From Eledone cirrhosa (lineage: Eukaryota): a stretch of 64,000 nt of DNA. Numbering within the stretch: the stretch's first letter is position 1; each line of letters starts with the position of its first letter. Under the pieces are notes generated by a model, which was given only the letters and a program-made list of their open reading frames with translations, did no database searches and had not been told where the DNA came from. Position numbers and translations under genes: made by a program. Positions 41,121 through 56,381 of the stretch are shown here, in pieces. The DNA lies in contig OZ024746.1 of the NCBI GenBank assembly GCA_964016885.1, positions 75,082,001-75,146,000 on the forward strand. The letters run 5' to 3'.

Positions 41121-41385
41121 CAGTTATGGGCAACCTGCGGCCCGCGAAGCTTTCTGAATGGCTCACCTAAGTCTCCTAAGTGAAATCTTTCTGATTTTTT
41201 TATCATTTCTATCATTTTCTATCATTTTTACGATCGAGGAAAACAACGTGTACGAATTCTGAAGAAAGAAATCAAAACAACTTGAGTTACCGCCCTTTTT
41301 TTTTAAATGTGTGCACAAATGTAAATTAGCGTTTGCGGCCCGCCTGATGATGAACCATATTTCTCAAAAAGGTTGCCCATGCCTG
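41121..41385. mobile_element. Non-autonomous hAT (Charlie-like) MITE
   Basis: TIRs cagttatgggcaacct / aggttgcccatgcctg; perfect 8-bp TSD CATTAGAG (41113-41120 and 41386-41393). Confidence 0.85.
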
Positions 41386-41799
41386 CATTAGAGAATGGAG
41401 TATTAGCTACACTAACTGAAAAAATATATAGAATGGTTATTGCTGGAAGTCCTTTGATCATAAGTGTTCTCCACCAGGAGTAAATTAATATTGAATAACA
41501 GCCACAACAGCAACGAAAACAACTAGAGCGTTGATGCTTTCAGCAACACCAAATTGCAACAATTAAATATATATGTATATATAAAATATGTTAAGTATTT
41601 CCGAAGAAAAGGCAAAGAGAAGGAGAGAGCTCTATGTATAATACACAGCTATTTAATTAGAAAGTAAACAAAGAAAATATTACTCCATTACCAAAGGTTT
41701 TAGGACCTTTTGCACACAAGTATATTTTTCCGTTATATTTTTCCAGCCTTATTTTCAATTTTAATAGAATTTTATTTTCATTTCATATATTCATAACAT

Positions 41800-41865
41800 T
41801 TCATCTGATGAGCGAACTACACGTATGTTAATATTGTCTAGAATACTGAAACCTTTGGTAATGGA
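41800..41865 (+). ncRNA. Hammerhead-like motif (family of 31122)
   Basis: ttcat-CTGATGA-...-GAAA-cc ttt gg-TA-atgga; stem II is degraded. Confidence 0.5.
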
Positions 41866-42388
41866 GTAAGAACAATTCACACACACACACACGCACACAC
41901 ACACACGCCCCCCCCCCCTACACAGACACCACAACACAACTATAGACACGCACACACATATAAATATAAATATAAATATAAATATCAATATAAATATGAA
42001 TATAATATACGTGTTTTTGAGTGTGTTTGTCTCTTTATGTTTCTGTATGTATTTATGCATGCGTGTGCATGCGTGCTTTTGTGTCTGTATGTATGTTTAT
42101 GTGTGTGTGGGCGTTATTCCATCTCTGTGCGTATTTGTCTTAGTGCGAATGCTTGGTAATGAGTGTATTTGTGTCAGTGCGTGTGTTTGTGTCGGTGTGT
42201 ATTTGTGTCTGCGTGTGTTTGTACATGTGTGTGTTTGTATATGAGTACGTTTGTGTTTTGTGTATGTACATGTGTGTGTGTGTGTGTGTGTTTGCGTCTC
42301 TGTGTATACTTGCGTATATAGGTGTATTTCTATATCGGTGTGTCTGTTTATATGTCCGCGCATGTGTGTCTGTATTCATGAATTCGCG

Positions 42389-42427
<39 letters not shown>

Positions 42428-42515
42428 TAAAATAAATATATATAAAGATATATATATATATAGTATATATATATATATATATATATATAAAGATATATAT
42501 ATATATACATGTGTG

Positions 42516-42558
<43 letters not shown>

Positions 42559-43230
42559 ATATATATGTATGTATGTTTATGTCTATGTTTGTGTGGGTTT
42601 GTGACAAGTTGTGTTTGTGTTTTTTTTTTGTGTTGTTGTGTCTCTATATATGCTTTTGTCTGTGTCATTATGAATATATAATGAAAGGAAGCAAATGCCT
42701 TTATCTCTATAATACTAATGCTTGCATTTGTTTTGTTTTTTGTTTTTTTTTTGTTTTTTTTTCATTAACATATTTATATATATATATTTATTTAAGGTAG
42801 GAATATAACATCACTTGATTCATTCTACTAAAAACAAAACCAACGCAGTACAACAGCAACACCAATGCAATAAAAACAAAAAGAAACAGAAAATATTAGG
42901 AAAGTAACAACAACAATAACAAAAAGAAACAGAAAATATTAGGAAAGTAACAACAACAATAACAAAAACAAGAAGTAACAATTTTATGTCATCAACCACA
43001 TCATCGATGACATATTGCAATGGGTATGGGCAATGTTTATATACAACAGCCCCCACACTTCCTACCAGACAAGTAAATAAACACCTACATCAACAGTTTT
43101 TAAAATATATGAAAAAAAAAGCGCATCTTTTAAAGTGGCAGCAAAATTTCAATGACTGGAATAAGAAGACCAAACCAATATCAACAACAGAGATAAAAAC
43201 ACACACACAAGATGGCTATTTACGTCTTAT

Positions 43231-43350
<120 letters not shown>

Positions 43351-43864
43351 AGAGAGAGAGAGAGAGAGAGAGAGGGGGAGAAAGAGAGTCATATATATAT
43401 ATATACATATATACTCACACACAGATACACACATATACACATACACGTGTGTGTGGGTGTCTGTATCTGAGAAGGCACGTGGCTTAATGTTTAGGGTATT
43501 CGGCTCAGAATTGTAAGATCGGAAGCTCGAATACCGGCGGCGCGTTTTGTCCTTAAACAAGATACTTTATTTCTCATTGCTCCAGTTTACTCAGCTGGAA
43601 AATATAAGTTATGCTTGTAACTCAAAGGGCTAGCTTTGTCACACACTGTGTTCCGCTGAATGCTCCTGTGAACTACGCGAAGAGTGCACGTGTCTGTAGA
43701 ATACTCAATCACGTGCACTTTAATTTCTACACTAGGGAATTACGTTATTGGAACAACTAGAACGCTCGTTGTCGCAACCGATTGAGGTTTTTAAATTTGT
43801 ATGCGTGTTTGTGTGCGTGCGTGTTTGTGTGTCCGTGTGTGTGTGTCCGTGTGTGTCTGTGTGT

Positions 43865-43942
<78 letters not shown>

Positions 43943-44157
43943 TTGTGTGTAACTGTGAAATTAATTATATGCATTTTACCGTTGCGAAAGTAAATACCCT
44001 CTACACCACTTATCAGAATTTGATCGTTATAATAAATTTCATACAAGTCGTGACATTTACGAAACCCGTGTTACGTGTGATCCCGAATAAAAAAAAAATA
44101 TGTTGAACTGAAACTTTGTTCTCTTTATTAATATATATATATTGAGGTTTTAAAATA

Positions 44158-44210
<53 letters not shown>

Positions 44211-44242
44211 CACCGCTTTACTTTAAAATGCTTTTATATCGA

Positions 44243-44329
44243 ACGTTACATATGTTTCACAGATCATCGATTCGAGGTGTTTATCGATATGATGGACGTG
44301 ACTCCATTACCGATCTGCTCATCAGACGT
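44243..44329 (-). ncRNA. Type I hammerhead ribozyme
   Basis: acgt-CTGATGA-gcagatc...gatctgt-GAAA-CATATG-TA-acgt. Confidence 0.7.
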
Positions 44330-45558
44330 GTAGATTTAACTCTTTAGCATTTAAACCGGCCGTATCCAGCCAGAATTCTCTCACCTCTTTCTATTCAAAC
44401 CAGCTGTAATCGGCCACTCATACTGAAGGTATTCTTCTCAAAATAAATAATATCAAAATCTCATAGATTCTATATTTTGTGAGATTATGTGGGGTAAAGC
44501 CTTTACCATAAACATACAATAGTATATATACAGTCATGTAAAGGCTAAAGGGTTAATTCAAAACATTTCCATCTCTTGGGCATTCTACCGATATATATAT
44601 ACCGCAGATATCTTATTACAAGTGGCCTCAAAGTGTGGAGATGGAGCTATTGGGATGGTTTTATTCATATTGTGGTGAGAGTGGTCACAGTAAAGGTGGG
44701 AGTGCACGCCAGGTAGAGGGACCCGGCACTAGCTACCGTATTGGCAGCGACGACGACGAAGACAACAAGAAGAACAACAACAACGACATCAAACGCGATA
44801 GCACCTACAGCGTCAAGTCAATCAACTACAGTAACTATAGCAGTAACAACAACAACAACGACAACAACAAATACTACCACTATCACCCACCGTGATGACA
44901 ATAACAGCAACTACTGAGACAACAACACCGATATCTCTTTAATCACCAGACCCTAATTTCCTCTCTCATATCTTGTCTGTGGAGCAGGCACGACTACCAC
45001 CAGCGTTTCTGTGTATATGGAAATTTCTGATTGTTTCTGCGTCTTAATTGCACAGTTCTTTGCCTCATTACCTTATTGATGTGATATCCCCCCCCCCCCC
45101 CCCCCAGACATTTTCGGACGCTATATTTGTCATTCATAACACACAATAGATTTTTTTTAATATTTTCGATATATTATTCCTATAATATAAAGCTTTATTT
45201 TGTAGAGCTCGCTTTGTTGAGCCATTTATCAAAATAGATTATTCGATAAGGTTTTGTTTAATAGAGTTAGCTATTGTTACCCGTGTTTTATTTGTTCTCT
45301 TTTCTATTTCATCCTTGAATGTTGTATCTTATTAGTAACAACTAATCCTAAGTGTTTGTAGGGATGGGTTGCTTGTTAAAATGGCAAAAAACTAATTTCT
45401 CTTCGTATTATATTAATTCTCTACGGGGTCGATAAAATAAAGTACCAGTAATACACTGGGTAATTTCTGGCCTTGTGCCTAACGTAGAAACAATTATATT
45501 AATTCTCTTCTTCCTTACCCTCCTCCTCCTCCTCCTCCTCATCATCATCATCATCATC

Positions 45559-45590
<32 letters not shown>

Positions 45591-45769
45591 CTGTTTGCTC
45601 CAGGGGGACGGGGGGTCGGGGTTCTCCGTGTGTAAAAAGCAACCATGGAATAATCATTGCTAAGCAGTTAGCACAAAATAATTATAATAAAAGCCGACAT
45701 GTCTTGATGGAAATGTCTTCGAAATATTTCGAAATAAATGATTACAACTGAAGAAACTCTCACATTTTT

Positions 45770-46175
45770 CCAATTACTATACTCAACATTTATTAATCAA
45801 CGGAATAACATCAATATAAATACGATAGTAAATTTATAATAATCTCACTACAGTGGTATATGAAGACCATATTGATTAATTTAACAAAACTACTGAATCT
45901 CATAAATATTATATATTTATAATATCTCTAATATTAAAAATAAATAATATCTCTAATATTAATAATAAATTTCACCACTTTTCAATCTACATACTACTAA
46001 GATTTTATTACTTTCTTTTACAAATTTAGATTTTACATTTTATATTTATTCTGTTGTGATTAAATAGTGAACTTTCTTTAACAGGAACATAACAAATTTC
46101 AATATTCGAATTAGTTTTGCTCTGTCTTCTTTCATTTTGTATTCTCTGTATAATTCTCTGCTCATTTTTAATAAT
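45770..46175 (-). other. Putative non-coding 3' UTR exon of CBM14 paralog 3
   Basis: A GTAAGT donor lies 2 nt after the stop (47349). A polypyrimidine acceptor (ttttattttaattacag) ends at 46176, and AATAAA lies at 45789-45794 on the minus strand. Confidence 0.5.
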
Positions 46176-46714
46176 CTGTAATTAAAATAAAAAAGAAAAT
46201 GTTTTACAATAATTGCCAAATCATAATTATCGAATATTATATATATATTGGAATTTCAATATACGTATAATTGTTTCTACTTTTGGCACAAGGCCAGCAA
46301 TTTCCCAGTGCATTACTGGTACTTTATTTTATCGACCCTGTAAGGATGAAAGGCAAAGTTAATCTCGGCGGGATTTGAACTCAGAACGTAAGGGGCCACA
46401 ACTCTGCTGCAAAGCATGTGTCTGACGCTCTACCGATATTACCAATCCACATATACGTATAATGTCATTCTCTCTTTAAGGTATGCGCAATGATAATGAT
46501 CATCGTATATTTAAGGTATGCATGATGAAATCAACTCTTTTGAAATATTCATCCTTTTTTGGAAACATGCTGGACAGAATGGAAGTCTTCTCAAGGCGAT
46601 ATATTTCGAAAGCAAATGATATTTCAATGTTATTACGATGTCTGTCTCGTTTGGGTTGTATTCTAGAGTTAAGACGGCTGTAGTGCATACAAACTACGAT
46701 AAATGTATTAAAAC

Positions 46715-46770
<56 letters not shown>

Positions 46771-47351
46771 GCGTATGTGTGTTTGTTTAGATTTAATTTC
46801 TAGTTTTGTAAGAAGAAATAAACTACTACTTTTTTTATCGACCTTGAAAGGTTGAAAGGCGAAGTTGACCTCGATGGGGTTTGAACTCAGAGAGCAGAGA
46901 TCAAGAATAAATACCATAAATCACTCTATCCGACGTTCTACGGATTCTGTCAATTTGCCGCCTTATTTATGCTATAATATCATGGAAAAAGCACTTCTTG
47001 TCTAAAACCTTTTTATCTAACAGAACTAACTTTTGTTATGAAATTTTCAAAGGTAAAATGTTCATGATCCTTTGCATTTTTAAATCTAGTTTTAATCTTT
47101 TTTCTAATTTATTGATTTTCGTATCAAACTTTACTCCAACGTCATTAAAGGACTAAACCTCTAGTCGAAGAAAGTACGTGCTTGACAGAATATGCGTGCT
47201 TTACAGAAATGTCATGATTTCGAACATGTTGAGTCTTATCAGCTTCGATTTCAAAATTTTGGAGTAATTTTCACAATACTTTATGTGACATTACGTCATA
47301 TCTTTCTTTTTTATTACTTCTTTCTTTATAAATTACAAACAATACTTACGT

Positions 47352-47551
47352 TTAGGAAATATTGTTATTGTTATTTCCATTACACGAGACGCTGCCCTGA
47401 ACTGTACAGCGTTGCAACTGCATATTGAAGAATAAGTTATCCTGACAGTTCATAGCCGGGAATGATGTATGATTGAAGCATGGAATGAACCTTCTGCAGT
47501 TGGTAGGATCACGGTTAAGACCGAACGGGCGGGTATTGCACAACGGATCAT
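47352..47551 (-). CDS. CBM14 paralog 3, coding exon 2; full protein about 159 aa
   Basis: Acceptor ctccttttcag|AT GAT CCG. Reads DPLCNTRPFGLNRDPTNCRRFIPCFNHTSFPAMNCQDNLFFNMQLQRCTVQGSVSCNGNNNNNIS*, homologous to exon 2 of paralogs 1 and 2. Confidence 0.9.
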
Positions 47552-48791
47552 CTGAAAAGGAGATAGAAGTTTCACTGGTTCAGTTACATGGAGTTAGGGA
47601 ACGGTGAATCTAAAGATATATAAACTTATTAATTTAAGGAATCTATAATATTTTGGGGAGTATGCACACTGCACTTTGTTTTGCTGAAGAATGCAGTATA
47701 AGGGAGGCAACAAATCAAAAATCAAAAATTCAAAAATATCAAAAGCTGGAAATAAAGTAAGGTCAAGAATCGATAAATACTTGGGCTTATATATCCTTTC
47801 TACCGATATAACTTAATTATTAGTGGAGGGCTAAACAAACCTGGATAAGAATTTCTCTCATTAAGTAAACTGTATCACTCCTTTAATCCTAAATATCCAT
47901 GGCATTGGTGTTCCTATTATACAGAGAATATCGATGAAAATATATGAGAAACACTTATAGTAATAGGATATGTCATGAATGTTGGAAAATTTAAATGGAA
48001 GATCCTAACAAAACCAGATCACCTATTCGACTATTAAATAAATGTATGTACATGTGTGCTTATGTGTGTGAAAACCTTTTTTCTGTATATTTATACCTGT
48101 ATGGTGTGTATTGCTATAATGGAATATATGGAATACCTATAAGTACAATTGAGTATTTTCTTCAAATTAAATTGTTCAAAAAGCACAAACAGTATTCTCC
48201 TCAAATTGAACTATTCGAAAAGTACAAACAATACTTTACTCTCAAACCAAAGACCACATATGTAACACACCAGTGAAATTGATATATTTTACATTAATGA
48301 CTATTTTAAATGTAGACACAAGGCTACAAAATCGGATGCAGACACACAATTGAAGAGATTGATGACTTTATTTTGCCACTACTTATATTATCGCCTCCTG
48401 AAATATAAAGGGTAAAGAGAATCCCGGCAGGCTAAGATCCAGACAACTAAATACTGTAAGCTATATGGACTTGTGCCCTATCTACTCTGACACTAAACAG
48501 ATCGTTTTTTTTTTCAATACAATGATTCTAACATAGACACATGTTCCTAAATATAATATATATATATATATATATAAATTTTCAATCACATATATTTTTA
48601 TTGTTTGACCCGAATTACTTGGTCGTTTCTTTGACTGTGCGGATGTTTGTTTAACCATCGTCTCAGTGTGTTTGGCCTCTAACGTATGTTGTAGCTCTGA
48701 TTCATCTGAATCATCGAGCGCTTGCCACACATCTCGGAAGTTGTATTTCGTTAATTCCTAAGCTGAAATACGATTCTCGCTAATTTATATT

Positions 48792-48921
<130 letters not shown>

Positions 48922-49349
48922 CGGTGTTGGTCGTATAGAAAATAGTACTTGGCCGATACTTATTTTTATTTAATCGACTTCATAAGTAGTAAAGTTTCAC
49001 TTCGACAGGATTTGAACTCAGGCTGTAAAGGAACGAAATCAATATCACAAAACACCAAGTACCTTAACGATTTATTGATTTTACTAATCAACTGTTAATT
49101 TTCTCGCATCAAAAATGATTTTGTAGACAGAGGCTATATAAAGATTTGTGACATACATTAGAAATTGATATATCGATTGATTAGGGGAGCTATAGTTGAC
49201 GGTAAATCACTGGCTGCTAATTTATCGGTCCAAGAAAGTAAAAAATCAAAGTAGGTTTATATATACCTCGAAATTAATAGTAAATGAAATAGTAATGTTA
49301 TATTTTTACATATGGCCAGATTTTCGATAGAAGGCTATCTTCGACTTTC

Positions 49350-50060
49350 ATTTGATAGGTTTGATGCTGAGTGCTGCATGGTTGGAATGGTAATCAGTAC
49401 TGCGAAAACTGAGACACTCGTCCTCTTAAGAAGCCTGCGCCGTTAACTCTACATGCGAATGTAGTTCCACTGAAGCGGGTGGAGAAGTTTAAGTATCTCG
49501 GGGTCGTGTTCACGGGTGATGGAAGGCACGAGGCTGAGTTAAGTGCAAGAATTGCAGGAGCTGGTGCAGTAATGCGCCAGCTTCAGCATTCGGTAGTCAG
49601 AAGAGACGTAGGCATAAAAGCCAAACTCGATATTTTCAATTCGGTATTCGTACCAACCCTTACCTATGGTCATGAATCTTGGGTAATGACCGAAACAATA
49701 CGATTGCGAATACAAGCGGCAGAAACAGGATTCCCCCGAAGAGTCTTTGGATTAACATTACTCGATAGAGTGCGTATCTCGAAGATCAGAGTCACTTCAT
49801 GTAGAGCCGCTACTTTCTCCGAATTGAAAGATCACAGCTCCGATACTCAGGAAAGAATTAATGGACAGCTTTTACGGACAAAACCAACCGACAGGAGACC
49901 CAGGGTTAGACCTCGAACAAGATGGTTGGATAAAATCCATGAACTTGGCTGGTCATGCTTGGAGATCTAGCCGGATCAGTTGGAGATGATTGCTTCTGAC
50001 AGTACCCGCTGGAGGGAGTGTTTGAGGACCCTTTCAGAAATAAGTGGCCGAAGAAGAAAA
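49350..50060 (+). mobile_element. RTE-clade LINE 3' fragment in the paralog 3 intron (relatives at 5440-5670 and 20780-21091)
   Basis: VEKFKYLGVVFT..PTLTYGHESW..RPRVRPRTRWLD. Confidence 0.8.
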
Positions 50061-51078
50061 GAAGACCATCCCTTTCTGAGTAATTACTTTGCTTCATTCC
50101 TACTAAGTCTATTAAACCACTACTCGATGTAAAGAAGGAGTAAACTATAATAGCTACTTGACTATTATTTATCATATCTCAGTACAAATGACATCACTAA
50201 CGTAGTTACTGTGACCATTATTGTTTAGTCCTAGGTGTGTCCCCATTGGGAGGACCTGAGATCAAACCTTTCCAGTCGTGACCACACCGTGCTGGCTTTA
50301 TAAATATCGTATTTAGTGCTACCTTATTCAAAGCGTCCTTCCTTTTTGTCGACGGTAATATACGATTTCAAAGAGATTTGGTCGTTAAGCTAAGCAGTAA
50401 TACATGATGTCTGGGGATCCACCATTTCTATAAACACTTCAGTTTCATGATAAATATAAAGAAGACCAGATTTTCTTTAGAGGAAGTACAGAATTGACGC
50501 ACTACATTTTTGATCAAGCTAACAAAGTTGCTACCTGATTACACAATGTGGATACAGGAATTTTATACGATGGTATTGCCCAATCGGTTATATTATGAGT
50601 ACTTATTCTCATGAACTAAAAATGATAAAATTGAAATTATTTAAAGATTTGAAACCAGAAAGTAGAATTAAATATTTATTTCTAACTTAGGCACAAAGCG
50701 AGCAAATTTGAAGGAAAGGCAAAGTTGAAAAATCAGCCCCAGTACTTTACTGGTATTGTATTTCATTGATCCAGGAACAATGAAAAGCAAAGTTGAGCTC
50801 GACTGAATTTTGACTCAGAATGTAAAGAGCCAGAACTGCAATGGCATATTATCCGATGCTCAACCAATACTAAAATCTGCTACACCAATGTAGAATGAAT
50901 TATGTTGTGTCACATTGTTTCTACGTGTTCACCATACATATTTTAAAGAAAATAATTACAAAACAAAATAGTATGAAGAATTTCAATGATGGTTACACAA
51001 TAACAAAATGAATGACAAGGGAGAATAATAGATCGAAACAACCAAAACAAATTAACTCATTTTTATTTCACTCTAGAA

Positions 51079-51363
51079 CAGTCATGGACACGCTGCAGCC
51101 AGCGAAGCTTTCTGAATGGCTCGCCTAAGTCACCTAAGTGAAATCTTTCTGATTTTTTTACCCCAACTTTTCAGTCGTAATTTATATCATTTTTATGATA
51201 AAGAGGAAAATAACGTGTTCGAATTCTGAAGAAACAAATCAAAACAGCCTGAGTTACCGCCCTTTTTTAATGTGGGCGCGAATATAAATTAGCGCTTGCG
51301 GCCCGCCTGATGATGAGCCATATCTAATGCGACCCGCTTCTCGAAAAAGGTTGCCCATTCCTG
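51079..51363. mobile_element. hAT MITE, second copy, in the paralog 3 intron
   Basis: Aligns to 41121-41385; TSD CTCTAGAA / CTCTAAAA. Confidence 0.8.
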
Positions 51364-51519
51364 CTCTAAAAGGACGAAAGTTAAATTCGAACCTGTCTGG
51401 ATTTGAACTCATAGTGCAAAGACAAGATGAATAATTAATGTGTTTCATCATTCTACATATTTTGGAAAGCAAGGTAACAAGAATCAACAGAAAACCAAGA
51501 AAAATCACCCATTACTTAC

Positions 51520-51799
51520 TGTAGCGCCCTCCATATACTTTTTGGTCACAATCATTTAGAGGACTGTTTTTCGATACACATACCTGGTTTGCTTGGGAAA
51601 ATACAAGACCCTCATTACAGGTCATTGGAAATGGAATCGCTAAACCAGCATAACAATTGAAGAATATACTGCAATTTCGAGGTGAGCGCACTAGTGTGTT
51701 ATATGTATTTTTTCTCAAGTTCAGGCAGAGTTCCCACAAATCCTGAGAGAACACTATGGAGATGCTTACTAAAAGTAAAACAAAGCATAAGATCCGCAT
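51520..51799 (-). CDS. CBM14 paralog 3 (divergent), coding exon 1
   Basis: MRILCFVLLLVSISIVFS signal peptide; six-Cys domain (RSPRNCS...CNEGLVFSQANQVCV...DC). Identical phase-1 TAC A|GTAAGT donor at 51519. Confidence 0.9.
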
Positions 51800-51847
51800 G
51801 ATTTTGGTTGATACTCGACCAAGATATATGTGTCTCTTTTTATCTCT

Positions 51848-51855
51848 CTATATAA
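51848..51855 (-). promoter_or_regulatory. Possible TATA box of CBM14 paralog 3
   Basis: TTATATAG about 50 bp upstream of the ATG. Confidence 0.35.
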
Positions 51856-52223
51856 TGTTAATTGTATTGTGTACTTCTTTTTTTCCTTCAAAGAATGTTA
51901 TTATTCTTACAGGACTTTCTTCGCTTAGTTCTTTTGTTTTGTTTATTTTTTTCGCAGGTTTTCAGATAGCTCCGGAAAGTATACTGAACTAAATGTCTTC
52001 CAAAGAAATATCCAAGATATTGGCAAATTACCGTTCTTATATAATGCTGAAATTTGAGAAAGAATGACATATGCGAGAAAAACAATTTACAACTGAAATG
52101 AAGTATATTCGTGGAATTTGTATGTATGTATGTATGTATGTATGTATGAATGTGTATGTGTGTATATATGTGTGTATATATGCATGCATCTACACAAACT
52201 TGTGTCTATATATATATATATAT

Positions 52224-52303
<80 letters not shown>

Positions 52304-52304
52304 G

Positions 52305-52398
<94 letters not shown>

Positions 52399-52837
52399 TA
52401 CATACACACATACATTCATACATACATACATACATACATACAAACATCCATATATGCAAGCTCAAATAAATCCATTTAAATACTTAATGGAATTGAAAGA
52501 AGTAAAAAGTCAAACATAATCCAGATCAAGGGATTACAGATTAAGTTTATGTAACTAGTTTATACTGAATCATATTTCATAAAAGAAGTTTTGTTATAAC
52601 TAGACTGTAATATTAGAATCTCTTACAAACTTGCATTTACTTTACAATAATATCTATAGAACATAAATACGAAAACAATCAAATAAACACGCAATTACAC
52701 ACATATTCAGACGTATACATACACATACACGTACACACGCACTCAAACATTCAAACACTCAAACACACACACATAGATATATATATAGGACAAAACTATA
52801 ATGTAAACTAAATATCAGGTATCTTTTATTCTATATG

Positions 52838-52882
<45 letters not shown>

Positions 52883-52983
52883 ATAATAATAAATTTGAAG
52901 ACTAAAATCCAAAGAGGGCTCGATAAGGATAAAGATATATCAAATATATAAGAACCGTAGAGTAAATATTGTTATTTTAATAA

Positions 52984-53015
<32 letters not shown>

Positions 53016-53191
53016 GTATGTATACATATTTATATATATATATATATGTATTTATATACACATATATATATAGGTATATATATACACACATATATAGGTA
53101 TATATATATGAAACGGTCGTAAATACCTGGATAAAATCATTTTTTTAATGCTTAACTGTGTTTTCTCTTTTATTATATATATATATATAAA

Positions 53192-53237
<46 letters not shown>

Positions 53238-56200
53238 CGGGATTACAGAGATTACTTGTATGTATAGTGGAAATATGCCAGGAATCGGTAAATATTTATT
53301 TTGTCTCACCAACTCCAGATGTTTAGGGAGTTTGTGATATATATATATATAAATATATATAAAACCCTTTCAAGGACATTAGTTACGTAAGTGGGATGAA
53401 ATTGTGTCCAATGAACGTCATTGACGGCCATTTGGCAGACTCGTCAGAGCACACGATTAAATGCCTCGGCATCTGTTCTGACTATCTTCGCTTCGGGTTC
53501 AAGTCCCGTAGTTTTCAACTTTGCCATTCATTAATATCAGTGCCTAAAAATAAATTCCCAGGGGCGTCGGATTCATGGAATTGATAAAGAGTCCGAGGAG
53601 ATGTTTTCGAGTATATTTTCAGGCTATTTGTTTTGAATTAAAATCTCGCATCCCTCTGTCAATGATTGGAACCGACAGTGTATCCACAATGGGAAAATTA
53701 ATGGAAACATCGGTTGTCTTTTATGATTTGATGATTGGTTCTTTTGCTTTTTTTTTTTTCGTCTTTATTTGCAGCACTCATCATTTCTTTTTAATGAATT
53801 TACACTTTTAATTAATTTACACATTTAATGTATTTACACATTTTAATGAATTTACACAAGTTAAGCATATGTGGCCGTTTCACTTATTCGACACAGCGAT
53901 GAAATCTCCCTCTGATTATATCGTTATATAATTACCGCCTTTTACTTTCTGAGTTCAAATCCTGTTGGGGTCAATTTCGCCTTTCATCTTTCTGTGAGTT
54001 GATAAAATAAAATACTAGTTAATTACTGGGATCGATTCAATCGAGTGTCCCTTTCTCTTAAATTGCTGATATTCTTTCTAAAGTATACATCCTTATTAAA
54101 CCCGATAATTGGTAAAAACAATGGTTAACAAGATGTTTCTTAGTCTCGGCAGAAAAATTGATGAATTCATTACCCTGAAGAACAGCTAGTAATGTGTTTT
54201 AATAGACTTCTCGGTCGAGATCTCTTTCACTAAATTTTTCATCATTAACCTTCGACCTGTCAAGCGAAGAATCTTGCATTCAATGGTTATTTCACCAGGG
54301 TGCTACCGGAGGAAATATCACTGTAGATTGCATTCTAGGTTAAAAGTTTTCGTTTTGAAACGGGAAGATTGTGAGACTTCTGATATTTTGCCTTTCCGCC
54401 GATCTAGCCACATTGACTCTAGTAGCGATAGAAAACCGGTTGCATCCAAACCACGTCCAAATCACCGAATGCAGCATGCTGACAGATTCGGCCAAGCTAA
54501 AATGGAATGGTATGAGTAGGAGACAAACACGTCTACAACAGTCCGTCAAATCCTACTTTCAAGAATGTGAAGCTAACATAAGGCGGTGTTGAAAATTCTC
54601 GGATTGACCTATTTCCAAATTACATTTTCAATATCCCCTCATATAAGAAATAGGAGTTAAATCTCACGGAAATCATACCTTGTCGTCTTAACAAATGGCA
54701 CATTGATGTACGAAGTGACATTTTCACAGCTGTATTGGCTTTGATCGTAGGACTGACCCATCAACGTTGAGTTTTTAACGACTGATTTTTAACAAGAACA
54801 GGGAATAGTGATGAGATATTCGATTCGAACATCCAAAATACTTACGAAATAATAACTTGTTCTTCCTTTAAATTATTGATGTGTTCTATTCAAGATTCTA
54901 ATACAAAGAACCCAAGAGTCAAATAGTAGAGTTAAACTGGGCGAAGAATTACGCCTACCGCCGAAAAATTAATTCTGCTGTCCACTAATAATGACTACGA
55001 TGGCGATAGTGATATTGAAGTCAACAGAAAATGATAATTAATTGCAAATTGAGTGCTAGAATGGTTTATTTAGTGATACAAAAAGTATGTATCAATTAAG
55101 ATTAAAACTTTACTGATGAAAAAAGAAGCAATTGTGTAAATGGCTAATTATGGTCAGGAAAAGTAGGGAAACGTTTCCGTAATTCCAATTAATTAAAATT
55201 AAATAAAAAATGCTGTCTGATTTTTATCGATACAGTGAACATTTCCGATATGTTTCGGCCTTATAATCAGCGAAGTCTAGTCTAACCATTGCTACAGATT
55301 TTATAATGACTGAAGGGGATACAGAACTGTTGTGAATCAATAGCAAACGGCGTAATAATTTAAAAGAATGAATGTGTGGAAACTAGTGAAGCATAATGGA
55401 AAATTGTACAGTAAGAGATGGGGAAAATTATATACTGATAAAGAAAATTATTTAATTTTTTTCCTTTGGCTTTTAAAAATTCGGAAAAACAAAATTTGTA
55501 AAATCACGTGATGAAATTTATGACGCCATTCCTTTATTGTGGTACTTATCAATAAGGTCTTTAAATGTTTATTTTGCGATATATGAATATTGCTTTTCTT
55601 TTGCTGTATAGTAACATACAAAAGGACAGAGACTTTATATTATATAACTATTACGTGATCTTTGTGCTCATTATGAACAAGATATTTATACTAACCTACG
55701 CAAACTTCCATTCCTTTATCTGTGTATTTGATCCACTCTATCATCAATTGATATGTTTGGGTATGCTTATGAGTAGAAATGTATAATTCTGGCTATTTAT
55801 TTGGGTGTGTCTATTACAGCAACATAAAGGCTGATCACTTTTGTTAGTATTTTGAAAGTGTCAAGAAATGTTCTTCTTTTACGCATGTTTTCTTCTATAA
55901 CCATGTTATACGTACATATATATATTTATATATTTATATATAATAATACTAATATTATAATATAGTTAAAATTATAATATTAATGGGAGTAAGTATACTC
56001 CTTTACAGGGTATTTTAGCTCTATTTTAGTAGTTCATATATTTTAAAAAAAAACAAAGAATTAAGCCATTTTTTACACTGACAATTATTTCTACCCGCAT
56101 TGAGTCAAATATAGTGAACTATTTTGTTTAATAATCACTATTAGTATTAACAACACGGGTGTCTTCAGAGTTTATTAAAATGCTTATATAGTCCACTCAA

Positions 56201-56343
56201 AATAATATTTAGACCAAATAAAACATAAAACCATATAAAACGTAAACCACTCATTAAGATATCACGGTAAAAATACAAGTTAACATCCATAAAAACAGTT
56301 CAATTAAGGCAGTGTGGGATATATATATATATATCCCACACTG

Positions 56344-56381
<38 letters not shown>

